From: Longimicrobiales bacterium | Lineage (GTDB): Bacteria > Gemmatimonadota > Gemmatimonadetes > Longimicrobiales > Gaopeijiaceae | Direction: 5' to 3' | NCBI GenBank assembly: GCA_965249725.1 | Contig: CBDFMQ010000002.1 | Coordinates: forward strand, 1,056,001-1,120,000 | Length of the DNA stretch: 64,000 bases | Shown: in pieces, positions 47,446-57,798 of the stretch | How positions within the stretch are numbered: the first letter of the stretch is position 1 | How the letters are laid out: each line of letters starts with the position of its first letter | Notes under the pieces: model-generated | Told to the model about the DNA's origin: nothing | Seen by the model: only the letters and a program-made list of their open reading frames with translations | The model's database searches: none | Made by a program: the position numbers and the translations under genes

Positions 47446-48045
47446 CTACTCCGCTGCGGGGAGCATCCTCCGCACGTATTTGCCGATCATGTCGCCCTCG
47501 ACGTTGACGGGGTCGCCCACGCGGAGTGCGCCGAGGTTCGTGTTGTCCCAGGTGTACGGAATGATGCCGACCTGGCAGACATCGTCCGCGAGAAGCGCGT
47601 TGACGGTCAGGCTCACCCCGTTGATGGCGATGGAGCCGTGGAGGATCGTCTGCGCGGCGATGTCCTGTGGCACCCGGAAGTCGAGCAACCGGTACTCGCC
47701 CTCCTCGGAGATTCCGACCATCTCCCCCACGCCATCCACGTGGCCCTGCACGAGGTGACCGTCCAGACGTCCGCCAAGCGCCAAAGAGCGCTCGAGGTTG
47801 ACCGGGCTACCCTCCACGTAACCGGCCGAGACGGTGCGAGACAGCGTCGTACCGATGCTATGGACCGAGAACCCTGACTCGAACACGGATACGGCCGTAT
47901 GGCACGCACCATCCAGAGAAACGGAGGCGCCCGGCGCCAGATCATCGAGTACGGCACCGGCTGATATGCGAATCTCCCTGGCGCCATCCAGCTCGGTGAT
48001 CGACTGGACCATCCCGACTTCTTCAACGATCCCGCTGAACATCAT
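47446..48045 (-). CDS. ribE: Riboflavin synthase
   Basis: MFSGIVEE, VNLERS, GGRLDGHLVQGHVDG, GSIAINGVSLTV. Confidence 0.95.
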   Translation of the reverse strand: MMFSGIVEEVGMVQSITELDGAREIRISAGAVLDDLAPGASVSLDGACHTAVSVFESGFSVHSIGTTLSRTVSAGYVEGSPVNLERSLALGGRLDGHLVQGHVDGVGEMVGISEEGEYRLLDFRVPQDIAAQTILHGSIAINGVSLTVNALLADDVCQVGIIPYTWDNTNLGALRVGDPVNVEGDMIGKYVRRMLPAAE

Positions 48046-49166
48046 ACCTCTCGATCGTACGTAAGAAGGACGTCCGCTCCGATGCGGATCGGTTCCCCCA
48101 CGACCCGCCATCCCGGCCCGTCCGGCGGATCAGGTGCATCTGGGAAAGCCGGGACACCAAGTTCGCCCAGCGATACGGGCACTTCGAAAAGGTACAGCCG
48201 TTGTACGAGTCCTTCACGTATCAGTCCACTTGCGAGCCTGCCACCACCTTCGCAGAACACCGCCGTGAGACCCCGATCCCAACAGGTCGCGAGTGCCGGT
48301 CCGAGCCCGACCCGTCCGTCGTCTTCCGGGATCACCACTACGGTGGCGCCCGCCTCCTCCAGGGCCCTGATCCGGTTCGGTACTGCCTCCGGCGTGACCA
48401 GAATCAGGAGTGGCGCCTGATCCACCGTCTGTAGCAGCCGAGACTCGGGCGAAAGGCGACACGCCGAGTCCACCACGACGCGGGTCGGCGGGATTCGTGG
48501 CTCGATTCCGTGACGGACCGTCAGGAGCGGATCGTCGACGCGCGCGGTCTCCGCACCGACCATGATGGCGTCGAAGCCACTACGCAGGTGGTGCACCTCC
48601 CGGTTCGCCGCCTCACCGGTCAGGGCCGTCCTCTCTCCCACTCCCGCGGAAATCCGACGGTCTCGGCTCACGGCCAGCTTCACCGCGAGATAGGGCTTTG
48701 AGTGTTCCGTCGTGTGGAAGAAGGCCGGATCCACCATCCGTCCCAGGGCAGGATCGGACGACGGCCCGGAGATCTCGACTCCTGATGCGGAGAGGCGATG
48801 ATGTCCGCCGGCGGCTTCGGCACTCGGGTCGGCGGCACCGTATACCACCCGACTCACTCCGGCGTCCACGAGGGCCTCGGTGCAGGGCGGGGTCTTTCCA
48901 AAGTGGTTGCACGGCTCGAGGGTGACGTATGCGGTGGCTCCGCGGGCACCTTCCCCGGCCGCGGCCAGAGCGTTGACCTCGGCGTGTGGACCTCCGAACT
49001 CCTCATGCGAGCCCTCACCCACGATCGCCCCGTCCTTGACCAGGACGCATCCCACCATGGGATTGGGCCGCACCCGGCCCCAACCCTTCCGTGCCAGCTC
49101 CGCGGCGCGGAGCAGCCACGCTCGGTCAGGATCGAGAGGGTGCACGCTCGGGTCGGCGGCGTCCAT
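48042..49166 (-). CDS. ribD: Riboflavin biosynthesis deaminase/reductase
   Basis: PNPMVG, HAE, VTLEPC.H.G.TPPC, DDP.LTVR, EGGG. Confidence 0.95.
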   Translation of the reverse strand: MDAADPSVHPLDPDRAWLLRAAELARKGWGRVRPNPMVGCVLVKDGAIVGEGSHEEFGGPHAEVNALAAAGEGARGATAYVTLEPCNHFGKTPPCTEALVDAGVSRVVYGAADPSAEAAGGHHRLSASGVEISGPSSDPALGRMVDPAFFHTTEHSKPYLAVKLAVSRDRRISAGVGERTALTGEAANREVHHLRSGFDAIMVGAETARVDDPLLTVRHGIEPRIPPTRVVVDSACRLSPESRLLQTVDQAPLLILVTPEAVPNRIRALEEAGATVVVIPEDDGRVGLGPALATCWDRGLTAVFCEGGGRLASGLIREGLVQRLYLFEVPVSLGELGVPAFPDAPDPPDGPGWRVVGEPIRIGADVLLTYDREV

Positions 49167-49215
49167 CAGGGAGTAGGCTCCATGCGGGTCGCTTCCATCA
49201 CCTAGGGTCCGTCGG

Positions 49216-50190
49216 TCAGATGGTGAGCCTGAGCGCCAGATTCGCGAACCGCGTGACGCCCGTCGGGTCGTATTGCCCACCGTAGCCGGCAAGATCATCG
49301 AATCCGCCTGCCCACCCCACTTCCAGAGAGAGCTGGAAGACCAGCCGGATCAGGGACGCACCGACGTAGTACACCGGAACACGCGTGGTCATGTCCTGGG
49401 CCGCGGCGATCCCCAGGCCGCCGGGTACTCCCGGATCGGCGACCCGGACTGCGAAGTCGTCCTTCTGCCAGTCCAACCCCGCTCCTGCCATGAGCGCCAG
49501 GGCGAACAGGTCCTTCCCGACCGTGGCCCTCACGGACGTCGTGGAGACGTCCGTATCGAACTGAGCCCCGGCGCCCTCGAAGCCGCCCCAACTCACTTCC
49601 TCGCCATAATGCTGCACGAGCGAAACGGTGACGCCCGGCATGGTGAACGACTCACGAAGCAGACCCAAGCGGGCACCCACCGACACCAGTCCCTCATTCT
49701 CCGTGAAGCCGTCGTCCTCCTGGAGGAGCACGAGGTTCAACGACGCCAGCAGATCCAGGGACATCACGCCACCCACCGCGGGTAAGATCGAGAAGCCGTC
49801 CAGTATGCCCGCCGCGACGGTCGCTTTCAAGCCGTACGCCACTACGGTCGTCTTGCCTGGAAGGGCCGCCCCATCTGTCAGGATGTCGGGCATGTCGAAG
49901 GTCGCCACCCTGAACCGGGCACCCAGGCTGACTCTGGGAGTCCGTCCCAAACGCCGTCCCAGGGTGCTCGCGGAGCCCGCAATCTCGCTGCCCATGGCGT
50001 TTGCGATCGAGACGCCTCCTCGGATGGCTTGTGCGGCCAGAACGGTGCTTTGGCACGGTGCGACCAGCGCCGCCGAACCTCCGGATGCACACGATGTCAC
50101 CACACTGCTCAGATCCTGCGCGCCGGCGTCGGACGTGTACCAGCCCGCGACTCCCGCAATCAGGACGCACAGGCTCGCTAGCCGGTTCAC
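49216..50190 (-). CDS. Hypothetical exported protein, possible outer-membrane beta-barrel
   Basis: Signal peptide (AGA-Q), N-terminal Cys pair, amphipathic strands ending LALRLTI; GTG overlaps the purM stop. Confidence 0.7.
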   Translation of the reverse strand: MNRLASLCVLIAGVAGWYTSDAGAQDLSSVVTSCASGGSAALVAPCQSTVLAAQAIRGGVSIANAMGSEIAGSASTLGRRLGRTPRVSLGARFRVATFDMPDILTDGAALPGKTTVVAYGLKATVAAGILDGFSILPAVGGVMSLDLLASLNLVLLQEDDGFTENEGLVSVGARLGLLRESFTMPGVTVSLVQHYGEEVSWGGFEGAGAQFDTDVSTTSVRATVGKDLFALALMAGAGLDWQKDDFAVRVADPGVPGGLGIAAAQDMTTRVPVYYVGASLIRLVFQLSLEVGWAGGFDDLAGYGGQYDPTGVTRFANLALRLTI

Positions 50191-51224
50191 TACCACCGTA
50201 CGCCTTCGCCGGCCTCCACCTCGCCCATCACCCACGGCTCAGAGCCCCGCTCTCTCAGGGCGGACATGACCCCGTCCGCATCGTCGGGCGAGGTCAGGAC
50301 GATCATCCCGACGCCCATGTTGAACACACGGAGCATTTCGTCCCGCTCGACCCTACCGGCGTCCCCCATCACCCGGAAGGAGTTGGGTACCTCCCAGGAC
50401 GACCGATCCACGCGGGCTCCAAGCTCGCTTCCCAGGATGCGGGGAAGGTTGCCGGGAATTCCGCCACCAGTGATGTGGGCCAAGCCCCGAATCGCTTCCG
50501 TCTCGGCGAGGATCGGTTTCAAGACACCCAGATAGCTCCTATGGACGTCGAGGAGCACATCGCCCACGGTCCGATCCGATCCCGGAAAGTCGTCCCCGAC
50601 CGTGAGGCCCATCGTGTCGAACACGATCTTGCGGGCCAACGTGTAGCCGTTCGTATGCAGCCCGGACGACGGGAGGCCGATCAGGACGTCGCCCGCCTGC
50701 ACTCGCGATCCGTCGAGGACCTTGTCGCGCTCCACGATGCCGACGATGAACCCCGCGAGGTCGTATTCGTCGGCCGCATAGAAGTCCGGCATCTGGGCCG
50801 TCTCACCCCCCAATAGCGCACATGCGTTCTCCTTACATGCCTGAGCAACACCGGTCACGACGTCGGTGACCACACCCTCATCCATGCCACCCGAGGCGAG
50901 GTAGTCCAGGAAGAAGATCGGCCGGGCGCCCTGAACCAGAATGTCGTTCACACAGTGATTGACGAGGCACTGCCCGACCGTGTCGTGGCGTCCCGCCAGG
51001 AACGCCACCTCCAGCTTGGTTCCCACCCCGTCTGCGCTCGAGACCAGGACGGGTCGCTCGACGTCGGAGGGCACGGAGTAGAGTCCGCCGAAGAGTCCCA
51101 GCTCGGAGAGGGTGTTCTCGTCACGTGTCGCCGCTACCAGGGACTTCAGTCGATCCTTGGCCCGTTCGGCGGCGTCGAGGTCGACGCCCGCCGCACGATA
51201 ATCCAACCCCGTACTCTCAGACAT
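50190..51224 (-). CDS. purM: Phosphoribosylformylglycinamidine cyclo-ligase (AIR synthetase)
   Basis: Y.AAGVD, DGVGTK, GGETA.MP, SSGLHTNG, AHITGGG, FNMGVG. Confidence 0.97.
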   Translation of the reverse strand: MSESTGLDYRAAGVDLDAAERAKDRLKSLVAATRDENTLSELGLFGGLYSVPSDVERPVLVSSADGVGTKLEVAFLAGRHDTVGQCLVNHCVNDILVQGARPIFFLDYLASGGMDEGVVTDVVTGVAQACKENACALLGGETAQMPDFYAADEYDLAGFIVGIVERDKVLDGSRVQAGDVLIGLPSSGLHTNGYTLARKIVFDTMGLTVGDDFPGSDRTVGDVLLDVHRSYLGVLKPILAETEAIRGLAHITGGGIPGNLPRILGSELGARVDRSSWEVPNSFRVMGDAGRVERDEMLRVFNMGVGMIVLTSPDDADGVMSALRERGSEPWVMGEVEAGEGVRW

Positions 51225-52143
51225 GAAATCCCTGTAGCTGATGCTCGAAGGTCGTCATTTCCTTAAACGCCATAATGCGCCTGAGGATTTCGCCGTTCTT
51301 CAGGGTCTGGAAGCGCTCGACACTGAAGCTTTCGACCGCGAAAGACCCCATCGCCGAACCGTAGACCATCGCACGTCGGTAGTCGTCGGCATCGAGGGAC
51401 CGAATGGACGCGAGGTATCCCATGAAGCCCCCCGCAAAGGAGTCACCGGCTCCGGTGGGATCGAAGATCACTTCGAGAGGAAATCCCGGTACGAAGAATA
51501 CCCAATCGGGGCCGAACAAGATCGCGCCGTGTTCTCCCTTCTTGACCACCACCAGGTCCGGCCCCCTCTCCTGGATCCACCGGGCTGCCCGCAGCAGGTT
51601 GTGATCGTCGGCCAACTCCCGGGCCTCGGCGTCGTTCACCATGAGGATGTCGACGCGTCCCAGGAGTTCGAGCAGGGCCTCTCGGCTCCCCTCGATCCAG
51701 TAGTTCATCGTGTCGCAGACGACCACCTCGGGCGAGTGCACCTGATCGAGGACGTCGATTTGGAGCACCGGATCGATGTTCCCGAGGAAGACGAAACGGG
51801 AGTCCTTGAATGCGTCTGGGATGGTCGGCTTGAAGTCGGCGAACACACCCAAGCGCGTCTCGAGCGTATCCCTCGAGTTGAGGTCGTAGGAGTAACGCCC
51901 CGCCCAGAAGAAGCTCTCGCCGGACGCCCGCTCGATACCGGCCAGATCTACCTCCCGATCGACGAGAAAGTCCAGCTTGTCCAGCGGATAGTCGTCACCC
52001 ACGACGCCCACGACCCGGACCGGTGAAAACAGGCTGGCGGCCGCGCTGAAGAACACAGCGGACCCTCCGAGCACACGCTCGGCAGTACCGAACGGCGTTT
52101 CGACCGAATCGAGGGCCACACTTCCTACAACGAGAATCGACAT
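51217..52143 (-). CDS. PfkB-family carbohydrate/nucleoside kinase
   Basis: VVGSVALD, GGSA, KKGEHG, DPTGAGDSFAGG. Confidence 0.92.
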   Translation of the reverse strand: MSILVVGSVALDSVETPFGTAERVLGGSAVFFSAAASLFSPVRVVGVVGDDYPLDKLDFLVDREVDLAGIERASGESFFWAGRYSYDLNSRDTLETRLGVFADFKPTIPDAFKDSRFVFLGNIDPVLQIDVLDQVHSPEVVVCDTMNYWIEGSREALLELLGRVDILMVNDAEARELADDHNLLRAARWIQERGPDLVVVKKGEHGAILFGPDWVFFVPGFPLEVIFDPTGAGDSFAGGFMGYLASIRSLDADDYRRAMVYGSAMGSFAVESFSVERFQTLKNGEILRRIMAFKEMTTFEHQLQGFHV

Positions 52144-53849
52144 CAGTCCTCAGAGCTCGATGCGGAGTCTGCGGCGTCCCGAACCATGCGTTCGGGCGCG
52201 AGGATTCCCAGAATGGCCAGCCCGTTACGCAGCACGATCTGAATCGCTCTGGCCAGGCCCAACCGAGCATTCCGTAGATCCGGGTCGGCGACCAGAACCG
52301 CCAACTCCGGGTTGCGGTTCGGATTACCAGCATGATACCAGGAATTCACCGCCCCCGCCGTCTGCTCCAGATAGTCGCAGATCAGGTGGGGAGCTCGCAG
52401 CTGGGCGGCGCGAACCACCAACGCCGGGAACTGGCCCAACTGCTTGATCAGCTCACGCTCGGCCTCCGTGTTGAGGGTCGACAGGTCGACTCCTTCGGCG
52501 GTCACAACCTCTCGATCCACACCAGCCTTGGTGAAGATGCTGCACATGCGGGCGTGGGCGTACTGCACCTTGTAGACCGGGTTCTTGTCCGACTGGTCCA
52601 GGGCCAAATCCAGATCGAAGACCAAGTGCCCCTCAGGCTTTCGCATCTGGAAGAAGTACCGGGTTACATCGACGCCCACCTCGCTCATGAGCTCCCGTAG
52701 CGTCGTGTAGGACCCTGAACGCTTGGAGAACTTCACCTCCTGGCCTTCTTTCTCGACTCGCACCATCTGGTGCAGCACGTACTCGGGGTACGCCTCGGGC
52801 AGTCCGAGAGCCTGCACGCCCGCGTGCACGCGTGCCACCGTGCCGTGGTGGTCCGCCCCCTGCACGTTGATCACATGGTGGAACCCGCGCTCCCACTTGT
52901 CGACGTGGTACGCTACGTCAGGCAGGAAGTACGTGGGCGACCCATCGCCCTTGATCATCACGCGGTCCTTCTGGTCGCCGAACTCGGTGGTCCGGAGCCA
53001 GACGGCATCGTCCTTGTCGTAGACATGACCGGTTTCACGGAGGGATTCCACGGTGGACTCCACCCGACCATCCGTGTACAGAGACGACTCGAGGAAATAC
53101 ACGTCGAAGTGAATACCGAAGTCTGCCAGGTCCCGGTCCTGCTCCTCGCGAAGAATCCGGACGGCCGTGCCTCGCATGAGCGCCAACGTTTCGTCGCTGT
53201 CGTCCCCGCGGAAACGATCGCCGTGCTCTCGAGCCAGCTCCTCCGCGATCTCTGAGACATAGTCACCCTGGTAGCCGCCTTCAGGGACTTCGGCGGGCTC
53301 ACCGAGGTGCTGTTGATAGCGAGCCCACACGCTTTCGCCGAGGCGGTCGATCTGCGCGCCGGCGTCGTTGTAGTAGTACTCGCGCGCTACGGCCCATCCG
53401 GTCCAATCCAGCAGCCCGGCGATGGCGTCCCCTAATGCACCCTGCCGTCCGTGCCCCAGATGTAGTGGGCCTGTGGGGTTGGCCGAAACGAACTCCACCA
53501 TGAAGGGACGTCCTTCACCCTCCTCGGAGCGGCCGTAGGCTTCGTCCTGCTCTAGAAGCTCCACCAGTCCCTCCGCGACCTGCCCGGCGCTTAGTCTGAA
53601 GTTCAGAAACCCCGGTCCCGCGACCTCGACAGCTTGGATGCCGGAGACACCTACCTCGATCCGGGAAGCGATTTCCTCGGCGATCGCCCGGGGCGGCTTC
53701 TTCAGAGCCGAAGCGAGTGTCAGCGCCACGTTGGTGGCGAGATCCCCGTGGCTCGGGTCATTCGGCTGCTCGAGGCGCACCGTCGCGTCGCTGACGCCCA
53801 TCTGCTCCAAGACGTCGGCGAGAGCTTCTAGTATGGCTTCCTGGGACAT
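52143..53849 (-). CDS. argS: Arginine--tRNA ligase
   Basis: HGDLATN, AGPGFLNF, VEFVSANPTGPLHLGHGR, GADH, YAHAR; start moved to MSQEAIL. Confidence 0.97.
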   Translation of the reverse strand: MSQEAILEALADVLEQMGVSDATVRLEQPNDPSHGDLATNVALTLASALKKPPRAIAEEIASRIEVGVSGIQAVEVAGPGFLNFRLSAGQVAEGLVELLEQDEAYGRSEEGEGRPFMVEFVSANPTGPLHLGHGRQGALGDAIAGLLDWTGWAVAREYYYNDAGAQIDRLGESVWARYQQHLGEPAEVPEGGYQGDYVSEIAEELAREHGDRFRGDDSDETLALMRGTAVRILREEQDRDLADFGIHFDVYFLESSLYTDGRVESTVESLRETGHVYDKDDAVWLRTTEFGDQKDRVMIKGDGSPTYFLPDVAYHVDKWERGFHHVINVQGADHHGTVARVHAGVQALGLPEAYPEYVLHQMVRVEKEGQEVKFSKRSGSYTTLRELMSEVGVDVTRYFFQMRKPEGHLVFDLDLALDQSDKNPVYKVQYAHARMCSIFTKAGVDREVVTAEGVDLSTLNTEAERELIKQLGQFPALVVRAAQLRAPHLICDYLEQTAGAVNSWYHAGNPNRNPELAVLVADPDLRNARLGLARAIQIVLRNGLAILGILAPERMVRDAADSASSSED

Positions 53850-53859
53850 TGCGTTTGGG

Positions 53860-54288
53860 CTAGCGTCTGGGTTCTTCAGTCGGAGTCGAAGTCTTCGACG
53901 ACTCCGAAGATTTCGACGACTCTTTGGAGGATGCACTGGAGCCGGAAGAGGAGTCCGAAGTGGAAGAGGAGTCCGAAGTGGAAGAGGAGTCCGAAGTGGA
54001 AGAGGAGTCCGAAGTGGAAGAAGTAGAGGTCCCCTTCTCGTCCGAGTTCGACCCCTTCTTGCTCGATGCACCGCCCTCTTTATCGGAAGATGCCGCCTTC
54101 TTGTAGTCGTCACTCCGATAGTCTGTGATGTAGAAACCTTCGCCCTTGAAGATGAACCCCGCACCACCGGAGAGGAGACGTTCGGACATCCCTCCACACA
54201 CCGGACACTCGGAGACGGGCTCGTCCGACATCCGTTGGAACCGCTCGAACTCGTGCCCCTTGGAGCACCGGTATTCGTAAGTCGGCAT
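53860..54288 (-). CDS. FmdB-family zinc-ribbon protein with Ser-rich tail
   Basis: MPTYEYRC..GH.FE...CPVCGG...FKG.GFY.TDY. Confidence 0.92.
   Translation of the reverse strand: MPTYEYRCSKGHEFERFQRMSDEPVSECPVCGGMSERLLSGGAGFIFKGEGFYITDYRSDDYKKAASSDKEGGASSKKGSNSDEKGTSTSSTSDSSSTSDSSSTSDSSSTSDSSSGSSASSKESSKSSESSKTSTPTEEPRR
53944..54021. repeat. Perfect 18-bp tandem repeat x4 plus a partial copy (encodes TSDSSS)
   Basis: Unit GGAAGAGGAGTCCGAAGT. Confidence 0.95.
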
Positions 54289-54419
54289 CGGCAGGTCGTA
54301 CCTGGTTTCGCCATCGATGAACGTGATCGCATGGTCACACAACAGCCGCGAAAAATAACGGGTTGGAAGGGTGTGACCAGTGCCCGGGCGGCCGCACCGT
54401 CCGATTCTTCAGAGTGGCC

Positions 54420-55925
54420 CTATCCGTCGTAGGTGCCCCACTCCTCTCTGAGGACGTCACTAATCTCTCCCAACGTCACCGAGGCCTTCGCCGCTTGGAT
54501 GATCGGAGGCAGCAGATTGTCGCTCCCGGCGGCCGCAGCACGAACGGCCTCGCGGGCATGGGAAGCACTCTGTGCGTCCCGGGTCTTCTTCAGATCGGCG
54601 AGTCTCGCCTTCTGATCGGCCTCGAGCGCCGAGAAGTCGGGGTTGTCGACCTCGGGCGGCACGCCTTGTTCCGCGAAGGCGTTCACGCCCACCACAACCC
54701 GCTCCCCTGCCTCGACGGCCATTTGGTGGCCGTAGGCCGAGCGGTGGATCTCGTCCTGCATGAAGCCGACCGCCTTCGCCGCCCCACCGAGCTCGGCGAT
54801 CTGATCGATGTACTCCGCCGCCTTCGCCTCGACCTCATCCGTGAGCGCCTCCACGTAGTGGCTCCCCCCTAGCGGGTCGACCGAACCTGTGACCCCCGAC
54901 TCGTGCGCCACGATCTGCTGGGTGCGAAGAGCGATCTTCGCCGCCTCCTCCGTGGGAAGCGTCAGCGCCTCGTCGAATCCGTTCGTGTGAAGGGACTGCG
55001 TTCCACCCAGGACGGCCGCGAGGGCCTGAATGGTCACTCGGATCACGTTGTTCATCGGCTGCTGGGCCGTGAGGGTCGAGCCACCGGTCTGAGTGTGGAA
55101 CCGAAGCCTGCACGACTTGTCGGAAGCGTCGTAACGCTCCTTCATGAGCCGTGCCCAGAGGCGCCGCGCGGCCCTGAACTTCGCTACCTCTTCGAACAGG
55201 TCGTTGTGGGCTGCGAAGAAGAACGACAGGCGAGGAGCGAAAGCCTCGAGCGCGATGCCGGCGGCCAATGCCCGCTCTACGTACTCCAGTCCATTGGCCA
55301 GGGTGAAAGCGACCTCCTGCACCGCCGTCGAGCCGGCCTCGCGGATGTGATAACCCGAGATCGACGTCGAATTCCAGCGGGGCACCTCCTCGGTACAGAA
55401 TGCGATCACGTCCGAAACGAGTCGAAGGCTGGGGTCGACCGGATAGATGTAGGTCCCGCGCGCGACGTACTCCTTGAGCACGTCGTTCTGAACCGTCCCG
55501 CTCAGGTCTCCCCGTCCCACACCTCGTTCGTCCCCGACGGCCACATAGAGGGCCAGGAGGATCGCGGCGGTGGAGTTGATGGTCATCGAAGTCGACACTT
55601 GATCGAGGGAGATGCCTTCGAAAAGCACCCTCATGTCCGCGATGGAGTCGACGGCTACGCCCACCCGGCCGACTTCGCCCTCTGCCATGGGGTGGTCCGA
55701 GTCGTAGCCCATCTGCGTGGGTAGATCGAAGGCGACGGACAGCCCTGTGGTGCCCTGCTCCAGCAGGTAGTGGTAGCGACGGTTCGTTTCCCGGGCCGTG
55801 CCGAACCCGGCGTACTGGCGCATGGTCCAGAGGCGGCCCTGATACATGTCCGGATAGACGCCTCTGGTGAACGGAAACTCCCCGGGGCGCCCAAGGTCGC
55901 GAGGGTCGTCCGAACCCCTGTTCAC
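54420..55925 (-). CDS. Methylmalonyl-CoA mutase, substrate-binding large subunit (no B12-binding domain)
   Basis: [46 protein letters not shown]; no DxHxxG motif. Confidence 0.93.
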   Translation of the reverse strand: MNRGSDDPRDLGRPGEFPFTRGVYPDMYQGRLWTMRQYAGFGTARETNRRYHYLLEQGTTGLSVAFDLPTQMGYDSDHPMAEGEVGRVGVAVDSIADMRVLFEGISLDQVSTSMTINSTAAILLALYVAVGDERGVGRGDLSGTVQNDVLKEYVARGTYIYPVDPSLRLVSDVIAFCTEEVPRWNSTSISGYHIREAGSTAVQEVAFTLANGLEYVERALAAGIALEAFAPRLSFFFAAHNDLFEEVAKFRAARRLWARLMKERYDASDKSCRLRFHTQTGGSTLTAQQPMNNVIRVTIQALAAVLGGTQSLHTNGFDEALTLPTEEAAKIALRTQQIVAHESGVTGSVDPLGGSHYVEALTDEVEAKAAEYIDQIAELGGAAKAVGFMQDEIHRSAYGHQMAVEAGERVVVGVNAFAEQGVPPEVDNPDFSALEADQKARLADLKKTRDAQSASHAREAVRAAAAGSDNLLPPIIQAAKASVTLGEISDVLREEWGTYDG

Positions 55926-56452
55926 TGCGTATCCTCGGGGTCGGCTGACTCGGGTGGGAGCATTTCCATGAGGATCTGGTCCTTCTCCACGGCCTGTCCG
56001 GCGGCCACGTGGATCACCCCGACCCGGGCCGGGCTATCCGCCGCAAGTTCATTCTCCATCTTCATGGCCTCTACGATCAGCAGACCCGTCCCCACGTCCA
56101 CCAACTCACCTTCCTCGACCTCTACCTTCACCACAAGACCCGGCATGGGAGCCTTGATCGCCTTCGGGCCGAGCGGCCCGGCTCGGGCTGCCGACATGTC
56201 ACGGATGGTCTTCGTGTGTTCGTCCAGGACCTCGGCGCTTTCGTGGCCGCCCCGGAGGTGCAGACTCCATTGCCCCTTGCCGGATGGACGAGCAACGAGA
56301 CGATACGACTTTCCGTCGACGAGGAGAGAGTGCACCTCGGTACCTGCAACCTGCAATGCGGAAACCTCCACCCGTTCTCCGCATATCCGGACGCCGGCCT
56401 CGTCGACCTCGACCTCGAATTCGGCGTCGCGGATCGTGACGTAGTATCGCAT
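55922..56452 (-). CDS. Biotin carboxyl carrier subunit of acyl-CoA carboxylase
   Basis: APMPG, EAMKMEN biotinyl-Lys motif; GGAG SD. Confidence 0.93.
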   Translation of the reverse strand: MRYYVTIRDAEFEVEVDEAGVRICGERVEVSALQVAGTEVHSLLVDGKSYRLVARPSGKGQWSLHLRGGHESAEVLDEHTKTIRDMSAARAGPLGPKAIKAPMPGLVVKVEVEEGELVDVGTGLLIVEAMKMENELAADSPARVGVIHVAAGQAVEKDQILMEMLPPESADPEDTQ

Positions 56453-56457
56453 GCGCT

Positions 56458-57798
56458 CTACTCCGGATCCTCGGAGCCGGCGTGGCGCTCCAACACCACG
56501 ACCGTCTCGACATGCGAGGTCTGCGGAAAGAGGTCGAAGGCGCGGATCTCGGTGATGTCGTAGGCCGAACACATCCGAGCCAAGTCCCGCGCAAGCGTCG
56601 CCGGATCACAACTCACGTAGATCACCCGCGGAGGACCGTCGCTCATCAATGTATCGACCACTCGGGCCTCCACGCCGGCCCGAGGCGGGTTGAGAATCAC
56701 CAGGTCGGCCGGCAGGGCCTCGGCCAGCCGTTCCTCTACCGTGCCCGGAAGCACGGTGAAGCCCTCGGGGGCGTCCCGGCCGGCCGCCTTCGCAGCGCGC
56801 GGATCCTGCTCGATTCCGACGGCCTTGCCACCCGCCCGCGCGAACCCGCGTCCATAGAGACCCACTCCGCAGTACGCGTCGACGATCCTCGTCCCCGGAC
56901 CCACGCGGGCGACGCCCTCGACCCATCGGTGCAGCTCCTCGGCCGCCTGGACGTTCACCTGGAGAAAAGCCGTGGGGCTCGTGCGGACTACTTCATCCAT
57001 CCGCGTCTGATGCATCACGGCTTGTCCGTCCAGCAAGCGTGGAGTCCCCTTGGCATCGACGCTCCACACCGCCACCAATCCTTCGACCTCCTTGAGCAGC
57101 ACGTCCGGGCGACCCGGGCCTTTGCCGCCTTCGACCACGAGAATGACGCCCTCGTCTACCACGCGTAGCGTCAGCCGCAACCGTCGCCCACCGGGAAGTC
57201 GCCGCGCGGCGTCGCCCCAAGCGGCACGTAGTTGCCGCCAGGTCGAGGCAATGGCCGGATCCGGCAGAACGCACCCGTCCTCTACGTCGACGATGCGTCG
57301 AGGGTTGGTCAGGTGATGAAAGCCCGCCACCACGCGCTGCCCAGGAAGCCTGAGGAGTGTGAAGGTGACCCGCGAGCGGTAGCCATGAGCGACAGGACTC
57401 GGCTCCGCCGGCGGAACCGCGACCTCGAGGCCTCCGATTCGCTTCAATGCGTCTTGGACGAAGCGCGTCTTCCAACCAAGCTGGTCCTCGTACGCGATGT
57501 GCTGAAGAGTGCAGCCGCCGCACTCGTCGTAGTACGGGCACACCGGCGTGGCCCTCTTCGGGCTCGCGCGTAGAACCTCGACCAGCCGGCCTCGAGCCCA
57601 CCGCGCCTTCTGCTGCGTGAGGCGCAAGCTGACCTCGTCGCCGGGGCTGGTTCGCGGCACGAAGACCACCCTGCCGTCCGGAAGATCCCCCACCCCGGCG
57701 CCGTCCGAGCCGAGGGCCCTGATGTGTACCGACTCCACGTGGGGATCGCTCGACTCGGAGGTGGGCTCAGGCACCGTGCGCTCCGTCAGCTCGTCCAT
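56458..57798 (-). CDS. rlmD: TRAM-domain 23S rRNA (uracil-C5)-methyltransferase, RlmD/TrmA family
   Basis: CPYYDECGGC..QH, YR, FLQVN, DAYCGVG, NPPRAG, YVSCDPATLARD, DLFPQT.HVE. Confidence 0.92.
   Translation of the reverse strand: MDELTERTVPEPTSESSDPHVESVHIRALGSDGAGVGDLPDGRVVFVPRTSPGDEVSLRLTQQKARWARGRLVEVLRASPKRATPVCPYYDECGGCTLQHIAYEDQLGWKTRFVQDALKRIGGLEVAVPPAEPSPVAHGYRSRVTFTLLRLPGQRVVAGFHHLTNPRRIVDVEDGCVLPDPAIASTWRQLRAAWGDAARRLPGGRRLRLTLRVVDEGVILVVEGGKGPGRPDVLLKEVEGLVAVWSVDAKGTPRLLDGQAVMHQTRMDEVVRTSPTAFLQVNVQAAEELHRWVEGVARVGPGTRIVDAYCGVGLYGRGFARAGGKAVGIEQDPRAAKAAGRDAPEGFTVLPGTVEERLAEALPADLVILNPPRAGVEARVVDTLMSDGPPRVIYVSCDPATLARDLARMCSAYDITEIRAFDLFPQTSHVETVVVLERHAGSEDPE

Noticed and set aside
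46159..49215. FMN riboswitch for the rib genes (likewise SAM for metK and cobalamin for the mutase)
   Set aside because: Intergenic gaps are too short or overlapping, and no consensus motifs were seen.
53850..54338. 731-aa ArgS with an N-terminal extension containing PLRTPL repeats
   Set aside because: The extension is a shadow frame over the FmdB gene and its repeat; ArgS homology starts at MSQEAIL (53849).
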